Shown here in pieces: positions 1 through 12,865 of a stretch of 64,000 nt of DNA. Numbering within the stretch: position 1 is the first letter of the stretch; each line of letters begins with the position of its first letter. The stretch is from Macrostomum lignano. Lineage: Eukaryota. A program made the translations under genes and the position numbers. The DNA lies in the NCBI GenBank assembly GCA_002269645.1, contig NIVC01002918.1:1-64000 (forward strand). The letters run 5' to 3'. The notes under the pieces are model-generated. The model worked only from the letters and a program-made list of their open reading frames with translations. It was not told the DNA's origin and did no database searches.

Positions 1-11
1 GTCCCGGTTGA

Positions 12-410
12 ATATCACTGAGTATCTCTGAGTGTCATTGAGTATCATTGAGTATCATTGAGTATCATTGAGTATCGTTGAGTGTCACTGAGTGTCACTG
101 AGTGTCATTGAGTATCATTGAGTATCATTTAGTATCATTGAGTATCGTTGAGTGTCACTGAGTGTCACTGAGTGTCATTGAGTATCATTGAGTATCATTT
201 AGTATCATTGAGTATCGTTGAGTGTCACTGAGTGTCACTGAGTGTCATTGAGTATCATTGAGCATCATTGGCTATCATTAAGTATTATTGCGCAGTGGAA
301 TTGATCATTGAATGATATCGAGTATCATTGAGTATCATTGAGTATCATTTAGTATCTTTGAGTGTCATTGAGTATCGTTGAGTATCATTGAGTATCGTTG
401 GGCATCATTC
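12..410. repeat. 10-bp minisatellite (GAGTATCATT/GAGTGTCACT variants)
   Basis: Directly visible tandem array, degenerating after ~290. Confidence 0.95.
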
Positions 411-2725
411 AGCCTTGAGATCGCTAACTCGAATGTGTCCTTAGGCCAGTAGGCTTAATAATCAATTCTAACACCTCCTTACATCTTACTTTTTGCTCAT
501 GAAAATTCTGCATCTAGCGGCTCATCTTAAGTCATTACTACTAAGCACTACAAATTAAACTCACAATACTACTAATACTAACACTACAGTTTGTACTAGT
601 CTGCAGTTGCTAAACCAGTAAAGTCTAAATCAAGACAATGAAATCGTTAATAAATAAAATAATTGTTCGGTAGAGATTCCGTCTATTGGGGTTGGTGAGT
701 TGGTTAGGTTCAATTGACTTTAATCATGTTGCATTGATCATTGAAGCGTGATCAGTGACAATGAAGAAAAAAACTCTGGGAACCTGTGCTGGGCAACAGT
801 TCTCCAATGCAGCTTCTTCGCAAATGCGTAAGTGGGTTGCACTTCGCTCTCCGCGGCGTAAAAGAGCACAGCAATCTAGACATTGGGCAATTTAGAAATC
901 AGGAGAGAAATGGTAGGCGTAACAACAACAAACAACAAAATACGCAATTAGCGTCACAGGGCGCGCTTCAAGGCCAGGTCGCGAACGAACGCCACACCAC
1001 CGGCCGAATCCGGGGCGCCGGCGTCAGCCAGCAGGCAGTCGACGAAACGCAGAGTGCGCGCCTGCCCCGCCGGTAGGGTGCCTGCAGCGTTAGCAGCTGT
1101 TGCCAGCTGTTGGATCTGGTAAATCTCTTTAAATCTCTTTATTAGGACTTGCTAAGCATTACGGGAAATATCACTCAGCAACATCGAAAAGTCGCAATCA
1201 CATAAGATTCCGTCTGTGGTCGCCACTTTTGAGAGTGCAGGTAAAGTCTCTCAATCTTTGCGAGTGTCGCAACTCAGCTACGCCGCGGCAGACTTGAGTT
1301 GAGGAATGAAGTGGAGCAGCGATGTGAGAGGGTTGGGCGGATTAAAGCTACCCCGATCACTTTTCTCATGTCTTTTATTTCAGAATAAAAGTCCAAGTCC
1401 AAGAGAAATTGCTCACTGGCGCATAGAATTGTCGACTTTTTCAAAGTTGCTGAGTGTATTTTAACGATATATTATAGAATATTCATCAGCGAGAAAAACT
1501 TTTCGCTTACGGGCACAATGCACTGCGGCAAATCTGGGCGGCCAGTTCGTCCTGTCTGCGGCCAATTCTCATGGACCCGTTCTCTCTGGACCTCTCTGTC
1601 CAATTCAATCTTGTTATTCTTATCTTTTTCTCCCTAGCTGCCTTCTGATTGGCTCCTCAATCTCGCCTCTTTCCTTAGCCGCGCATTCCACCCCTCCGTT
1701 TATTATTAGGACTGTCGCGTTGTTTAGGAGTTCAACTAAGTAAGCACGATGATTTGGTAAAATAAACGATGTCTCTGTTTCGATATATTATTAGTCATAA
1801 ACGATGCTAACAAAATCGATACAAAAAATAATTATTGGCGGGGCGGTGGCGGGGCGCACGTGGACTAAATGGGGTGGTGTGCACACTAGATGTACGCAAT
1901 CAATAACTCAATAATAGTCATTTAATTAGTCATTTAGCGCAAGTACAGCGGCAGGCTCAAACGCTGCCTCATGGACTCAACCCTCCCCTCCAATTCAATG
2001 TCATAAATACCAATTTGGGCCCGGCGCCCCACCTTATTTCTCTACACTGACCGCTTTACACAGCCTATCGCTTAATCATTTGCTTAGCTCAATTCGGTTA
2101 GTTGCGAAGCTCGGCCATAGACTATGATTTTAGCGCCCTGTATTGAGAATTTTGATTTTAGCAGCTTTCGCAATCTCCCCAGTTTAGCCTATGATCTGTG
2201 GGCTCAGTTGCAGTGCAGTTCATTCTGAGCGCCTTTCCCCAGCTTGTATTCAGCAGAGGCGAGCGAGCAGCGAGCAAATCTGAGGCTTTGTTTTTTTTTA
2301 GCAAAGGACCTGACTGGGTAAGTTCAACTTCTGACAGATTCTGCTATGCCTAATAGGAGCTATATGGAATATTTGTTCGCAAAGAGATTCCATAGGGACC
2401 TATTTTATTGCATAGCATAGCTTTAAAGTAGAGACTTGACGTACAGTTTAGATGGCAATGCTTTACAGTTTTTGTTCTATGTTATATAAAAGCAATATAG
2501 ATTAAGAGAACTCTGTCATCGTGACAGCCTATCTGTCATGTCATTCTTTATTTCGACTTCTTGCTTTTTCAATTTAAATTTGCTGTAGCAGCAGCAGCAG
2601 CAGTCTAATGCTCTCTATTTACTGTTTGTTGAGTCTCCGAGATCTCAAACATAAGGTTAGAAATCAAATGTTTTACTTGATGGCAAGTGGCCCAAAACTA
2701 CGCTTGAGAAGTTTTGTGGGACTTC

Positions 2726-2944
2726 TTCAAGTTTATGTTGATAAAATAGTTGCAATTTTGATAGGATCATAAATTTGTCTCTATAAGGGTTTTTGATGGT
2801 GCTGATTTCAAATTTGAGATCCATTTTTTGGTAGCTTTAACCCAATTATATGTAGCTTAAAACCAACCACCGGGGCATGGGGAATGGGGGTTTTAGGGTG
2901 GGGAGATTCTTCATGGGGATTGATTTTATCAACATAAACTTGAA
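2726..2944. mobile_element. Small MITE-like element with 22-bp inverted repeats
   Basis: TTCAAGTTTATGTTGATAAAAT (2726-2747) is the exact reverse complement of 2923-2944; the same 22-mer recurs at 10390-10411. No TSD identified. Confidence 0.55.
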
Positions 2945-3346
2945 TAGAGGGCATGGAGACCTACTCAAAAATGTGTTGATGAATTCCGCCGTATTACAAC
3001 AAATAGCATATAAGAAAAAGACTTAAATGAAACACTCACCTTTATTAAATGCATCTTATATGTTGATCCTCAATTGACAAATTAGACAAACGGACACCGG
3101 GGTTCAATAAATAGCTTAGTATATAGATAACTTATACTCTAAGATACAATTTATAGTAACATATTTTGGCAACAGCAACACTCAATTTCAGAGGCAAACT
3201 AGCAATCTTCGCCCCCCGTTGGGGGACATCTGTATAGAATCTCTGTTCTCTACAAGTAACAAAAAGATAGCGAAATAAAGCCTTCACAAAGAAAACAGAC
3301 AAAATACTCAAATGAAGTGCAATGCAAAAAGAAATCATCGCAAGAC

Positions 3347-3459
3347 AGCAAGCATCCCCCACATAGCAAGCATCCCCCAGATTGCAAGCATCCCCCGAAT
3401 AGCAAGCATCCCCCAGATAGCAAGCATCCCCCAGATAGCAAGCATCCCCCAGATAGCAA
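3347..3459. repeat. 18-bp tandem repeat (AGCAAGCATCCCCCAGAT) x6
   Basis: Direct reading; explains the repetitive ORFs at 3132-3527. Confidence 0.95.
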
Positions 3460-5277
3460 GAATAAGCCGAATAAGCAAGGGACAAATTGAAACGGTTTTC
3501 CTAAATTTTTCTATTGTTACATATTAAATATGTTTGTACTCACAAAAGTATTGCTATTATCTCTGCGATTCTTGGTTGCTATTATCTCTTTGTGATTTTT
3601 ATTAGAATTATATAGCATAAAAATTACGCATTTCATGCACATTTGTACAAAGCAATGTAACATCCGTAAGAATGCAGTATTAGTATTTAAACAAAGATAA
3701 ATAGACTTGCCACACAGAAAGTAAGGTTTATCTGTGAAGAAATAAAAATGATAAGTTAAGGCATTTTTAAACAGTAACCTAGAGATTAGTCATTTTTTTA
3801 CATACACATTGGTTGATGACAACTCGCACTGAAATTAATTTGAGCCGAAAATTGTTGTTTTTATAATAATGCCCTACTATGACCATACATACAGAATAAA
3901 CTGCATGACGCGTACTAAAACGAACAATATTTGTACTGCAGTGGTCCTTAAAACAGATTTTATGAAAAGTTACAATGGCAAGAACAAATAGATGTTGCTT
4001 CTTGAATCTTGATTTAATACATATACATAAAAATCTTCAAAGTGTCTTTCACTTTACATATCAAATCTCCATTTTAAGTCAAGTTAATAATGGATAAGCC
4101 TAGTAGCTAAATTCAGTGGTGACTGCAAATCGTACGAAAACTTATATCAGTAATGAAGGACTTAAAAGGGCCTCGATTATTTCTCACTGTTGACTGTTAT
4201 CTTTTATTGGTTTTATAATTTCAAAAATGTGCAGCAGCAAAAGAATATTAATTGGTGTATTTTTATGGGAATATTATCCATTCAACAGCTCAATTTGACT
4301 TTATTGAATACATACTCATATCAACTATGCTGCTTTACTAATACATTGTTAAACAGTACCACCAAAATGTTGAATTCGTCCATTTTCTCTGCCCTTATTT
4401 CATTGATTATTCTACTTATAGATTATATTTTCCATAAAAAATACATACACCAAAATTTAAAGTCTTTATGCGATAATTAAGCTATCGCAGTCCATTCCTG
4501 CGAATACCAATAAAAGTGACTTCCAAAGTTATTACTTATTAGTAGTGTCCGAATCAGAATAAACTATTAACACAAAAAATGCATGAGAAACAAAAAGTAA
4601 ATTTCGGCAGTTTTTTATATATTATTATAGTAAATGTATAGTTTTGGCCAATAAATAAATAGAATTCTTGTGAACGAAGGCCGAAATGAAGAGTGAATTT
4701 CGTTAAATTACATTCACCAACAAGACAACTCCGAATATTTAGCACAATATTTCTTTGCACACATGCCTTGTATGATTTTCTTGCAAAAGGCTTACCAACA
4801 AGATAGCCCATTGCACAATTTATATACATTTAATTATTTTGGTGATTTATTACATTTAATTATCTGTTTTGACATGTTTATGTTTGACGCGGTGGCTGTT
4901 TTATGTACGACATGGTGGCTCTTTAGTGTTTGACATGGCGGCTCTTTTATGTTTTACATGGTGCCTCTTTAATGTATGACATTGTGGCTCCTTTTGTTTG
5001 AAGAACCAAAAAAACCAAAAGACTCATTATTAAAACGGATTTATCATAAGACAAAGAGCTTTACTTTACTTAAATTGGTAAAGTGCTCCTAAGGTGCTCC
5101 TAACTCAGCATTTTAGTCGTAGTTTAACTTACTTAATCACTTAATCAAATTTTTATTTATTTTTTAATCCATTTTTTACTTAATCAAATACTTAACCTAG
5201 TTAACAGCAAAAATAGTTATAAATAGTCAAAATACAAATAGTCAAATAGTTAACAGCACAGAAATTAAAAAAATGAT

Positions 5278-5869
5278 TCATTCTTCAACGACAGTGCTGC
5301 GGCTGCGGCTGCGGCTGCGGCTGCGGCGGCGAGGTAGGTCTCTGCACTCTGCCGCAATGTGGCCGCGCCGCAGGCAGAATCTGCAGAGTCCAACTGTGAA
5401 AAGAAAGCGATTAGATTTGTCAATATTAGTTTTGACGTATATTCACTTCACACGAAATGAGTGGTCAAACGAAAACTGATTTAGTCAAAACTACCCCTCT
5501 AAACAAACTCGTAATACAATTAACTTACGTGCGCGCATTTCGTCTCTCACAAATCGAGTTCGCGCTGAGCGCGAGTGTAGCTGCAGTTGATGCTGTTGCT
5601 GTTGCTGTTGCGGTTGTTGTTGTTGCTGTTGTTGTTGTTGCAGTTGTTGTTGTTGCTGTTGTTGTTGCTGCTCCTCTTGCTGTTGCTGCTGTTGCTGCAT
5701 CGGCCAGGGTGCCGGTGGGAGAATAGGGGTGGGTATGGGTTGGGATAGGGCATCCCAGTAGATGGGGGGGATAAAATACACCAGGAAATGGATAGGGATA
5801 GGGATAGGGATAGGGATACGGATAGGGATTGGGATAACTTAGGTAGGGATTACTTAGGTACGGATTCAT
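5278..5869 (-). CDS. Spliced Pro/Tyr-rich + polyQ + CCHC zinc-knuckle + RS-repeat protein (one frameshift at the C7 run 5764-5770)
   Basis: Donor GTAAGT at 5528 and acceptor TTTTCACAG ending at 5394 join the polyQ frame (phase 1) to ...DEMRA-LGLCRFCLRRGHIAAECRDLPRRRSRSRSRSRSTVVEE* (CX2CX4HX4C), stop 5280-5278. The ATG at 5869 is one base out of frame. Confidence 0.7.
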
Positions 5870-6798
5870 AGTACTGGAAAAAAGACTGGCGTGGGCTTTT
5901 AAACTTATTTTTTATTTTGTTCGGGCGTATAGTGAAATTGTTAAGAACAGAGTTGGTTATATATACTATAGTGTACAGTGGCCAAAACCAGATAATGGCT
6001 GCCTGCTCCACCACCCCAAATTTGCTGTTTTTTCACCCCCAAATCTCTTGTTATCTCTAGCAATGATTGGCTCACCCTGTCGGCTTTTGATTCCTGAGTT
6101 ATTTCTAACCAATCACCTAACTCCCCAGCCCAGCCTAATAAGCCTATATTTTGTTTTCAGTGGACAATGAGGGTGAGACATCATACTTAATCACCTCATT
6201 ATTGATTTTATCTGGTGTCTCTCTACCTCTGTCGTGAAAATTTAGCTACAAAATGCACTTTTAAGTTTAAGTGTAAGTTTCAGTTTTGTTTTGTAAAAAA
6301 TAACAAAAGTTATTATTATATAATTTGATATTATATCTGTTAGTATTTGTTCTTGTAGTCCAAAAAATCAATAACTTTCCGCGGCACGCGTAAACAGCCC
6401 AAATAAAGTAATTGCATGAAAAAAGTCTCAGCGATCCAGTTCGACCCAGCGGAGGGGTTGGCGCTGACTGCAGCCCCCAATCGACCCCAGCCTAAACCAG
6501 CGGACCAATCAGAGGCCACCAAAATTATAAAGGTGGCTAAAATTTACAAACAGGGGTGACTAAAAAATAGAATAGAGTGGACGGTAAGAAAAAGGCTATA
6601 ACAGAAAGTCGAGATGCTGACCAATCAGACGGCAGCGAGAAAATATTGAGAGTTGTTTTGGGACGAAGGGGTGGCTGCAGGGCTGCAATATATAATAAAA
6701 ACAAACTGTAAATGCAGTAAACTTTTCGCCTCAACTGTTTCAAGTCAAGCATCACTTTTATCTACTTTTAACTTAGATTCTTTAAGTAACGAAGAGAA

Positions 6799-8425
6799 AT
6801 GGAATCAAACCCTACGCCAGCCCAGAAGGTCAAATTCGGCATCTCTGCTCTTCTGCCCGGCTTGATGGATTCACCGGTCGTTGGTCTGATAACGAGACTG
6901 ACAAAAATCCACGCCTACGAGAACAACAAAGCTGGATCAGGCCAAGTGTTCTCCTTCACTTTGACTGACGAGACTGCAGACATCAGAGTGAGCGTTTTTG
7001 GCAAGGACCTGAAGTCATTGCTGGAAATGTGCCAAACGGTCGAGACAGTGCGCATTTCTGGAGGCTGGATCAAAAAGGCTGACCCAAGGTACAACACTAC
7101 GGAAAACGAGTATGAGATGAGCGTCTCAGTTGACAAAAGCGGCACCATCATGACTTCAAACGAGACGGTCAACAGGCGTCCCCGGGACTACAGGAGGATA
7201 TCGGAAATTTCTGCATGCCAAATGAAAACGTAAATATCTTGCACTTTGTGCCTTTATTTTCTTTTATACATTTCCTCGCTTTGCTTTACTTTAGGGTTAC
7301 GGTTAGAGTTAGGCTGAGGTTAGGGTTAAAAGCTTGACCGATTTTTTAAGATTTCAAGGCTTAATGGGGAGGGGGGCATCGATGAGATGTCAAGGGGGGA
7401 AATTGATATGCTAAGGCTTGTGGGGGGAATTGCTAACATGCCAAGGCTTACAAGGGACTGCTGAGGTATTGCAAAGAGACGCTACATGTAGTTTATTAAA
7501 AAACTTGTAATGCATTTTTTGGCTGCCCTACGGGGGGCGCTGATTGCTAGTCATTCAGCTAAATTTGCCCTACTCAAAAACTTTCACCGTACGACAGGAA
7601 AGTTGACGTTCGTGGCATCATTTCTGCAGTTGAGAAGCCAAAGGAAGTAAAAACTGGTGCCGGAAAGCTCGTCGATTTAGCAAAAGTTACCATCGTTGAT
7701 CGGTCCGGGTCCTCTGTGTCCTGCACTTTTTGGGCCAGTTCTTCTGCGCAGGTGAATAATTGGTCTATCGGCGACATTCTCGCGATTCATGGCTCTCAAG
7801 TCCAAGAGTACGCCCAGATGATAAGCCTCGGCTGTTCGCAAGCAGAAGTACATCACTGGCCAGAAAATTCGCAAGAGTTCTCCGACCTAACCGAGTGGTA
7901 CAACGGCGCCACAGCTAGCCAGCAGCATTTCGAGGCTGTGCGAGCGACACAGATTCCACCACCTGAGCAGCAAGCATCACATGATGAAGAAATGACATTA
8001 CACTACCCCGAACGAATGTTTCACCAGTTTAACAACATGCGAAGAATAAGACTGCGTTTCGGAAGCAAAGAGGTTAGTTTATTTCGAAAATGTGTGTTCA
8101 CTTTAGTTTAATCAAAGGCAGTTATTATTGTATACTTCTTATGAGTGTTCACTTCAATTTAATCAAAGACAGTTATAATTATATACTTTTCAAACCGAAT
8201 CCCACTTCACAGGTAACATTTTCACGAGATTCGAACAGCTGGAATCAGCAGATGCCCACAGGCTCTACACCTAGGCCTCTGTACTCGTACACGAGTGACA
8301 TGTCTCAGCAGAACAGCTGGAATCAGCAGGTACCCACAGGCTCTACACCTAGAACTCCGTACACTGGTGACTCGAGCACTCGAAATCAAGAATTTTTGAC
8401 ATCACCAGCAGAAGATGAAGACTAA
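6799..8425 (+). CDS. RPA70(RPA1)-like protein with two tandem OB folds (DBD-A/B only), 3 exons, ~372 aa
   Basis: Exons 6799-7229, 7598-8072 and 8213-8425 with GT-AG introns give one open frame. Motifs GQVFSFTLTDETADIRVSVF, ISGGWIKKADPRYN, KVDVRGII...TIVDRSG.SVSCTFW...GDILAIHG resemble RPA70 DBD-A/B. Confidence 0.85.
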
Positions 8426-8613
8426 TTTTTTCTTTTTGAATTTCTTCAAACTGAATTCGAACAGATATCAATCAGAACATTTTTTCCTCAACCTCTATTT
8501 CTGTGCTGTTGTCTTTTAACTTTCGCAAATTTTGAATTTATATTACATTGAGTATTATTAACTGATTGCTAACTGAACCTAGGCTGAGTACGACAGGATT
8601 GGATTAGAAGTTA

Positions 8614-9792
8614 CTAATCCTTGAAGGAATAGTAGTGTCGAATCCAATACAGAAGAGACCCCATAACACTCTTTTTGTGCAGCCGTCGAAATTGGAACTC
8701 ATTCAGATAAGATTGAAACAGTTCCTCAGATGTCCGATGCATACGCTTGTACTTCTTTTTACAGTGACACCACATGGATTCCACTGATTGCGTATGCACA
8801 TCACGATCAGCAGGAGAGACGAAGTTAAGTGAGTGGTTCACAGTCCGATGATTTGACAACCTATTATAAGCTTGCCATTCATCTGACATAATGATTGTGC
8901 CAGGCTCCACTCGCTCTTCTATTATGGGTAAAAGAGTCGCTGCAGAACAATCTTTTACCGGTATTAGAAAGATATGAGTAGAACCACGTTCAACCATGCC
9001 AAACACCCACTTCTGCTCACGCTGACGGCCTTTGTTGTACTTACGCTTGAAGTACAGGGACTCGTCAATTTCCACTATTTTATTTGGACCGCCTAACTTG
9101 AAGGGATGGTCTTCAAGATATTTGGTACAAATTTCACGGCAGAAATTGAACCAGTCCACTAGCGTTTGTTGGGACACCTTAGTCTCTGCTGCAATAAAAT
9201 CAAAGTCACCAATATCAGCAGCCCACCAAAAGATGATATGAAGGCACTGAAACAAACTAAGATGAGACCGCTCAAAAAACGATTTTGTGCGAATTGAGGT
9301 ATTGGTTCGGCAACTCTTGCAATACCATGTTGATTTGTCCGCCACACTTGATCTTTTGACTAATCCCATTGGACCCGAGCATGACGAACACAACATGGTA
9401 TTGGCGATTAGTCCGATTCTAACCAAGAATTGCAAAACCTCAGTCTCACTTTCGTGAAATTGAGTAATGAATGCGGTGTGTGTCGGATTATAATCTAGAA
9501 CATACCGAGCTTCCTCAATATTTACATTGAACATTTTAGTAGATGCTGCCGGTCGCCCACGACGCTTACCAGAAGCTTGTTTGACAACATCTTTGGATTT
9601 CGTAGAAGCTTTGGAGTCCGCATTATTGGCCGCACAAGCTCCCCCTGGTACAGCCTCTCGGTCAGCACCACGAGCAGCTTGATTGTCCATAAGTTGGTTC
9701 CATTGCTCCTCGAACCCTTGGACGTCTTCCTCAAACAAGTCATCTGAATCAGACGACACGAGAAACGAGAGAATCCACCAAAGAGTCAACAT
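8614..9792 (-). CDS. Merlin (IS1016/IS1595, ISXO2-like) DDE transposase, intact 392 aa
   Basis: CxxC...CxxC Zn finger, GGPNKIVEIDES, WVFGMVER, IIMSDEW, VNHS, HTQSVESMW, YLNEF motifs; D-D-E triad intact. Confidence 0.93.
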   Translation of the reverse strand: MLTLWWILSFLVSSDSDDLFEEDVQGFEEQWNQLMDNQAARGADREAVPGGACAANNADSKASTKSKDVVKQASGKRRGRPAASTKMFNVNIEEARYVLDYNPTHTAFITQFHESETEVLQFLVRIGLIANTMLCSSCSGPMGLVKRSSVADKSTWYCKSCRTNTSIRTKSFFERSHLSLFQCLHIIFWWAADIGDFDFIAAETKVSQQTLVDWFNFCREICTKYLEDHPFKLGGPNKIVEIDESLYFKRKYNKGRQREQKWVFGMVERGSTHIFLIPVKDCSAATLLPIIEERVEPGTIIMSDEWQAYNRLSNHRTVNHSLNFVSPADRDVHTQSVESMWCHCKKKYKRMHRTSEELFQSYLNEFQFRRLHKKSVMGSLLYWIRHYYSFKD

Positions 9793-10527
9793 AATTATAT
9801 CAGACCTTGGTTGAAGTCTATAACTAAATCTCGAATGAATTTGCTTACCGAAATCAAGTGCTGCTACTGCCTTAATACACTAGAATGAGTAATATAGTCT
9901 TGTACGGTTACTGGCTGGGAGTTGACAGGTGCAAAGGTGCGAAGTGCGAATGTTGGAAGGTAGCTTTGGCTAGGTGCAAGTGAAAGTGCGCAAGTGCAAA
10001 AAATCGAGCGGGTCGTGACGTGGCAGTTTTTAAAAAACGAACAGTGACGTGGCAAATTGTACATGCATTAAAACTAAATTGAAAAACTATTATTGGGGAA
10101 CTTAACAGACAATTGCGTATAAATTTGTAGATAGTAACATTCAATTTTCATTGGCCTAATGAACTTCTAGCACATGTGCTACTGGTTTAAAAGTCTAGTG
10201 GATACACTTTTGAATATGTATTCCTAGAAACTTTTTGTCACCGATCATCATTAAGAGAATAGGAATTAAGTAAATTATCATCCTATCAACCGTACAGGTA
10301 ATTCTCTACGCTTTTTGTTGCGTTTTTGTAATTTTGGTTGCCCCATAAGTGTCTACCGCAAGTTTCAGAAAAATTGGAAAATCGGAAGTATTTTATCAAC
10401 ATAAACTTGAAGAAGCCCGTTTTGTGCCGTGAGCTTTAATTATTACTCTTATAACATTTAGAATGTTTCACGAGCTAAGGCCACAGATAACTTTAGTCTC
10501 AGACACAACATCCCTCCCTCAGTTAGA

Positions 10528-11479
10528 ATGGGAAAGCCGGTCAGGTTTAGTCAATTTTGTCAAGTCTCTCACGTAGTATTCGATGACGAGGGAGGAAGGC
10601 CAGACACGAAGCAGGAATGCAGGAGGATGGGAGAGAGCAGGATAAGAGCGGCTTGCGACGGAGCGGACATATTGATCTTCACGGATGTTTCGGTTGATAA
10701 GGGAGGCAAAGGAGGGGGAAGTACGATAACGGCGCGGTGGTCGAAAGGCAAATGGTGGCCGGCGGACAGCTCGCGTCCTCGATGCAGGCGGAGCTTTACG
10801 CGTTGAAGGCGGCAATCAGGTGGCTGGCGATTAACAACAACTGGCACAAAGCTGTGATTGCGACAGACAGCAAAAGCTATTAAAAAGACCAGCAAGAACC
10901 CGATCGTCTGCAGCATTAGAAAAGCGCTGAGCGAGATGGAAGGGCGAGAGATGGTGATGCTGTGGATACCGAGCCACTGCGGGATCGTAGGGAACGAAGT
11001 GGCGGACGAATGGGCTATTCGGGCGGTCAGGGAAGTGAGCAATGAAGGAATTGGAGTCATGGCGAGCACGATGGCGAGGATGGCGAGGAGGCGGTGTAGA
11101 AGGAAGGTGTGGAGGCACGAGAGGATGAGGGCGACGTACGGCGGCTCGGAGGGACCAAGGAAAGATCCGGAGTTCACGAGCAGGAAGGAGGAGGTTAGTT
11201 TTACAAGATGGCGTACGGGACACTCGCTGGAGCTGGCAGCGTTTAGAAAGAGAATCGGGCTGCAGCAGGATGGAAATTGCAGGCAGTGTGGCATGGAGGA
11301 GGAGACCATCGAGCACATGGTGGCCTGCCCGGTTCTGGACAGCTGCTGGAGGGGATGGAGGAGCGGAGTTCTGAGTGAGGTTTGCATGAAGGCGGAGGAA
11401 GCGCTGAAGATGTGGGAGTGGTGGAAGAGGAAACCACCGGAAAGCAGCTAGACATCTACAACAACAACAACAACAACAA

Positions 11480-11482
<3 letters not shown>
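10528..11482 (+). mobile_element. 5'-truncated non-LTR retrotransposon A (RNase H + C-terminal CCHC, (CAA)n tail)
   Basis: IFTD, ELYALKAA, IATDS, WIPSHCGIVGNEVAD (RNase H, frameshifted), CRQC..EETIEHMVAC, stop 11451, (CAA)n 11458-11482 followed directly by (CAG)10. Confidence 0.9.
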
Positions 11483-11513
<31 letters not shown>

Positions 11514-11650
11514 CGCTACAACCGGCCGAGCGCGAGCAGCAGCAGCAGGCGCTACGACCAGCCGAGCTGGAGCAGCAGCAGGAGCAGCCGCAGGAGACGT
11601 AGGAGACGCAGGATCAGTCTACATCAGACTACATCAATTGGGTGAGAGGG
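11483..11650 (+). pseudogene. C-terminal polyQ fragment of the double-C2H2 gene family (inverted copy of 13373-13610)
   Basis: Near-identical to the reverse complement of 13373-13610 (QQQQALQPAERE...QETQDQS..DYINWVRG). Confidence 0.85.
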
Positions 11651-11945
11651 TTCCTAATTCGGAATAGGTTAGCTACAGATAAAATTATTATCCGGCCAAA
11701 TCCTGGTGATGAATCATGACATTGATCACCTTATTAAGTTAACGAAACTTAGTGTTCCTTTTTGTTCCTGTAACAAACTAACAATAATTGTATAACTATA
11801 AAGAACTATTGACTGTAAAACAATAACAACTATAACAACTATAACAACTATAACAACTATATCAAGTATATCAAGTATAAAAATTATAGCAACTATAATC
11901 TATCAATTATAGCTTATAGTTGTAGCTTATATCTATAGTTATAGC

Positions 11946-12106
11946 CATGGGCGGCGGGAGCTTGTGCCCCCCCCCAGAAAATGAGTCCAATTTGTTGTGC
12001 TTTTTCTGATTTTAGGCCCTAATTAGCAGTTACAAAGGTACCTGTGCCCCTTTGCCCTGTGCCCAGTGCCCCCCCCCCCCAAAAATGTTAGGCTCCGCCG
12101 CCCCTG
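11946..12106. mobile_element. hAT-like MITE, 161 bp, 8-bp TSD
   Basis: Imperfect TIRs CATGGGCGGCGGGAGC / GCTCCGCCGCCCCTG; GTTATAGC is duplicated at 11938-11945 and 12107-12114. Confidence 0.85.
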
Positions 12107-12199
12107 GTTATAGCTTATAACAACTATAACAATTAAAGAACTATTAACTATAAAACAGTAATTGTAATTTCGATAGGTTATCTGTTAATTGTTTGAAAT

Positions 12200-12865
12200 C
12201 AATCAAATCGGTCACTTTCGCTTCAACGCACGCCTTGTTGGCATAGTTTTTTTCCTTCAACTCCGAAAGTCCTTGCAATATGTTTTGCAATCGTTCAGCG
12301 AGCTCGTCCGGGCATTGTTTCCTCCATTTCGATAGGTTTCCTTAACCTAGTAAGTTTCATTTTTTCTAAATTTCCAGTATTAAGAAGCCAATCAGAAAAG
12401 TGCCATAGGATAAATTTTAAATTCCGAAATCGAAACTGCTCTGCGACTTTGGTGCTCTCCTCTGATTGAGTCACGGCAATGTGCGTATTCGTGCCATAGA
12501 CGCTAAGGAAGTTGCCACCAAATGCCACTGAGTCCTCGGGGGTGAAGACTGCATGGATCCACCCTGCCGGCACCAGCAATGTGTTTCTTGGCTGCAGCAC
12601 AACACGGTAGACTGGGCCTGTTGCTGTTTCGTCCAGGAAAGCATCCGAGTCGGCAGTTTGCCAGTGCTCATATGCGCGGATGTTTCGCTCAGTAGGCAGC
12701 ATTAGATAAGAAATTTTACAGCCGCTGGCTAGCGTGAACCAAAAGTCGCTTCCACCTAGATCTATGTGAAAATTGGTAAATGATTTCTTCGCACTGATCA
12801 GCACTGATTCGGGAAGAGCTGATTATAAGCGGCATAAATTATTAATGCTAAATTTGGCATTCGGA
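12200..12865 (-). pseudogene. KDM2/KDM7(PHF8)-like JmjC histone demethylase domain, copy 1
   Basis: SFTNFHIDLGG...GCKISYL.LPT...VPAGWIHAVFTPEDSVAFGGNFL; the H-x-D...H metal ligands and 2-OG Lys are retained; in-frame stops at 12823 and 12295. Confidence 0.9.

Noticed and set aside
3132-3527. Overlapping ORFs with 6-aa repeats
   Set aside because: Artefact of the 18-bp tandem repeat.
8426-10180. Merlin TIRs/TSD around the transposase
   Set aside because: I could not find an inverted pair by eye, so element ends are left undefined.
10569-11387. Long antisense ORFs over retroelements (also 51139-53417, 60106-61289)
   Set aside because: Shadow frames of GC-rich coding sequence on the opposite strand.
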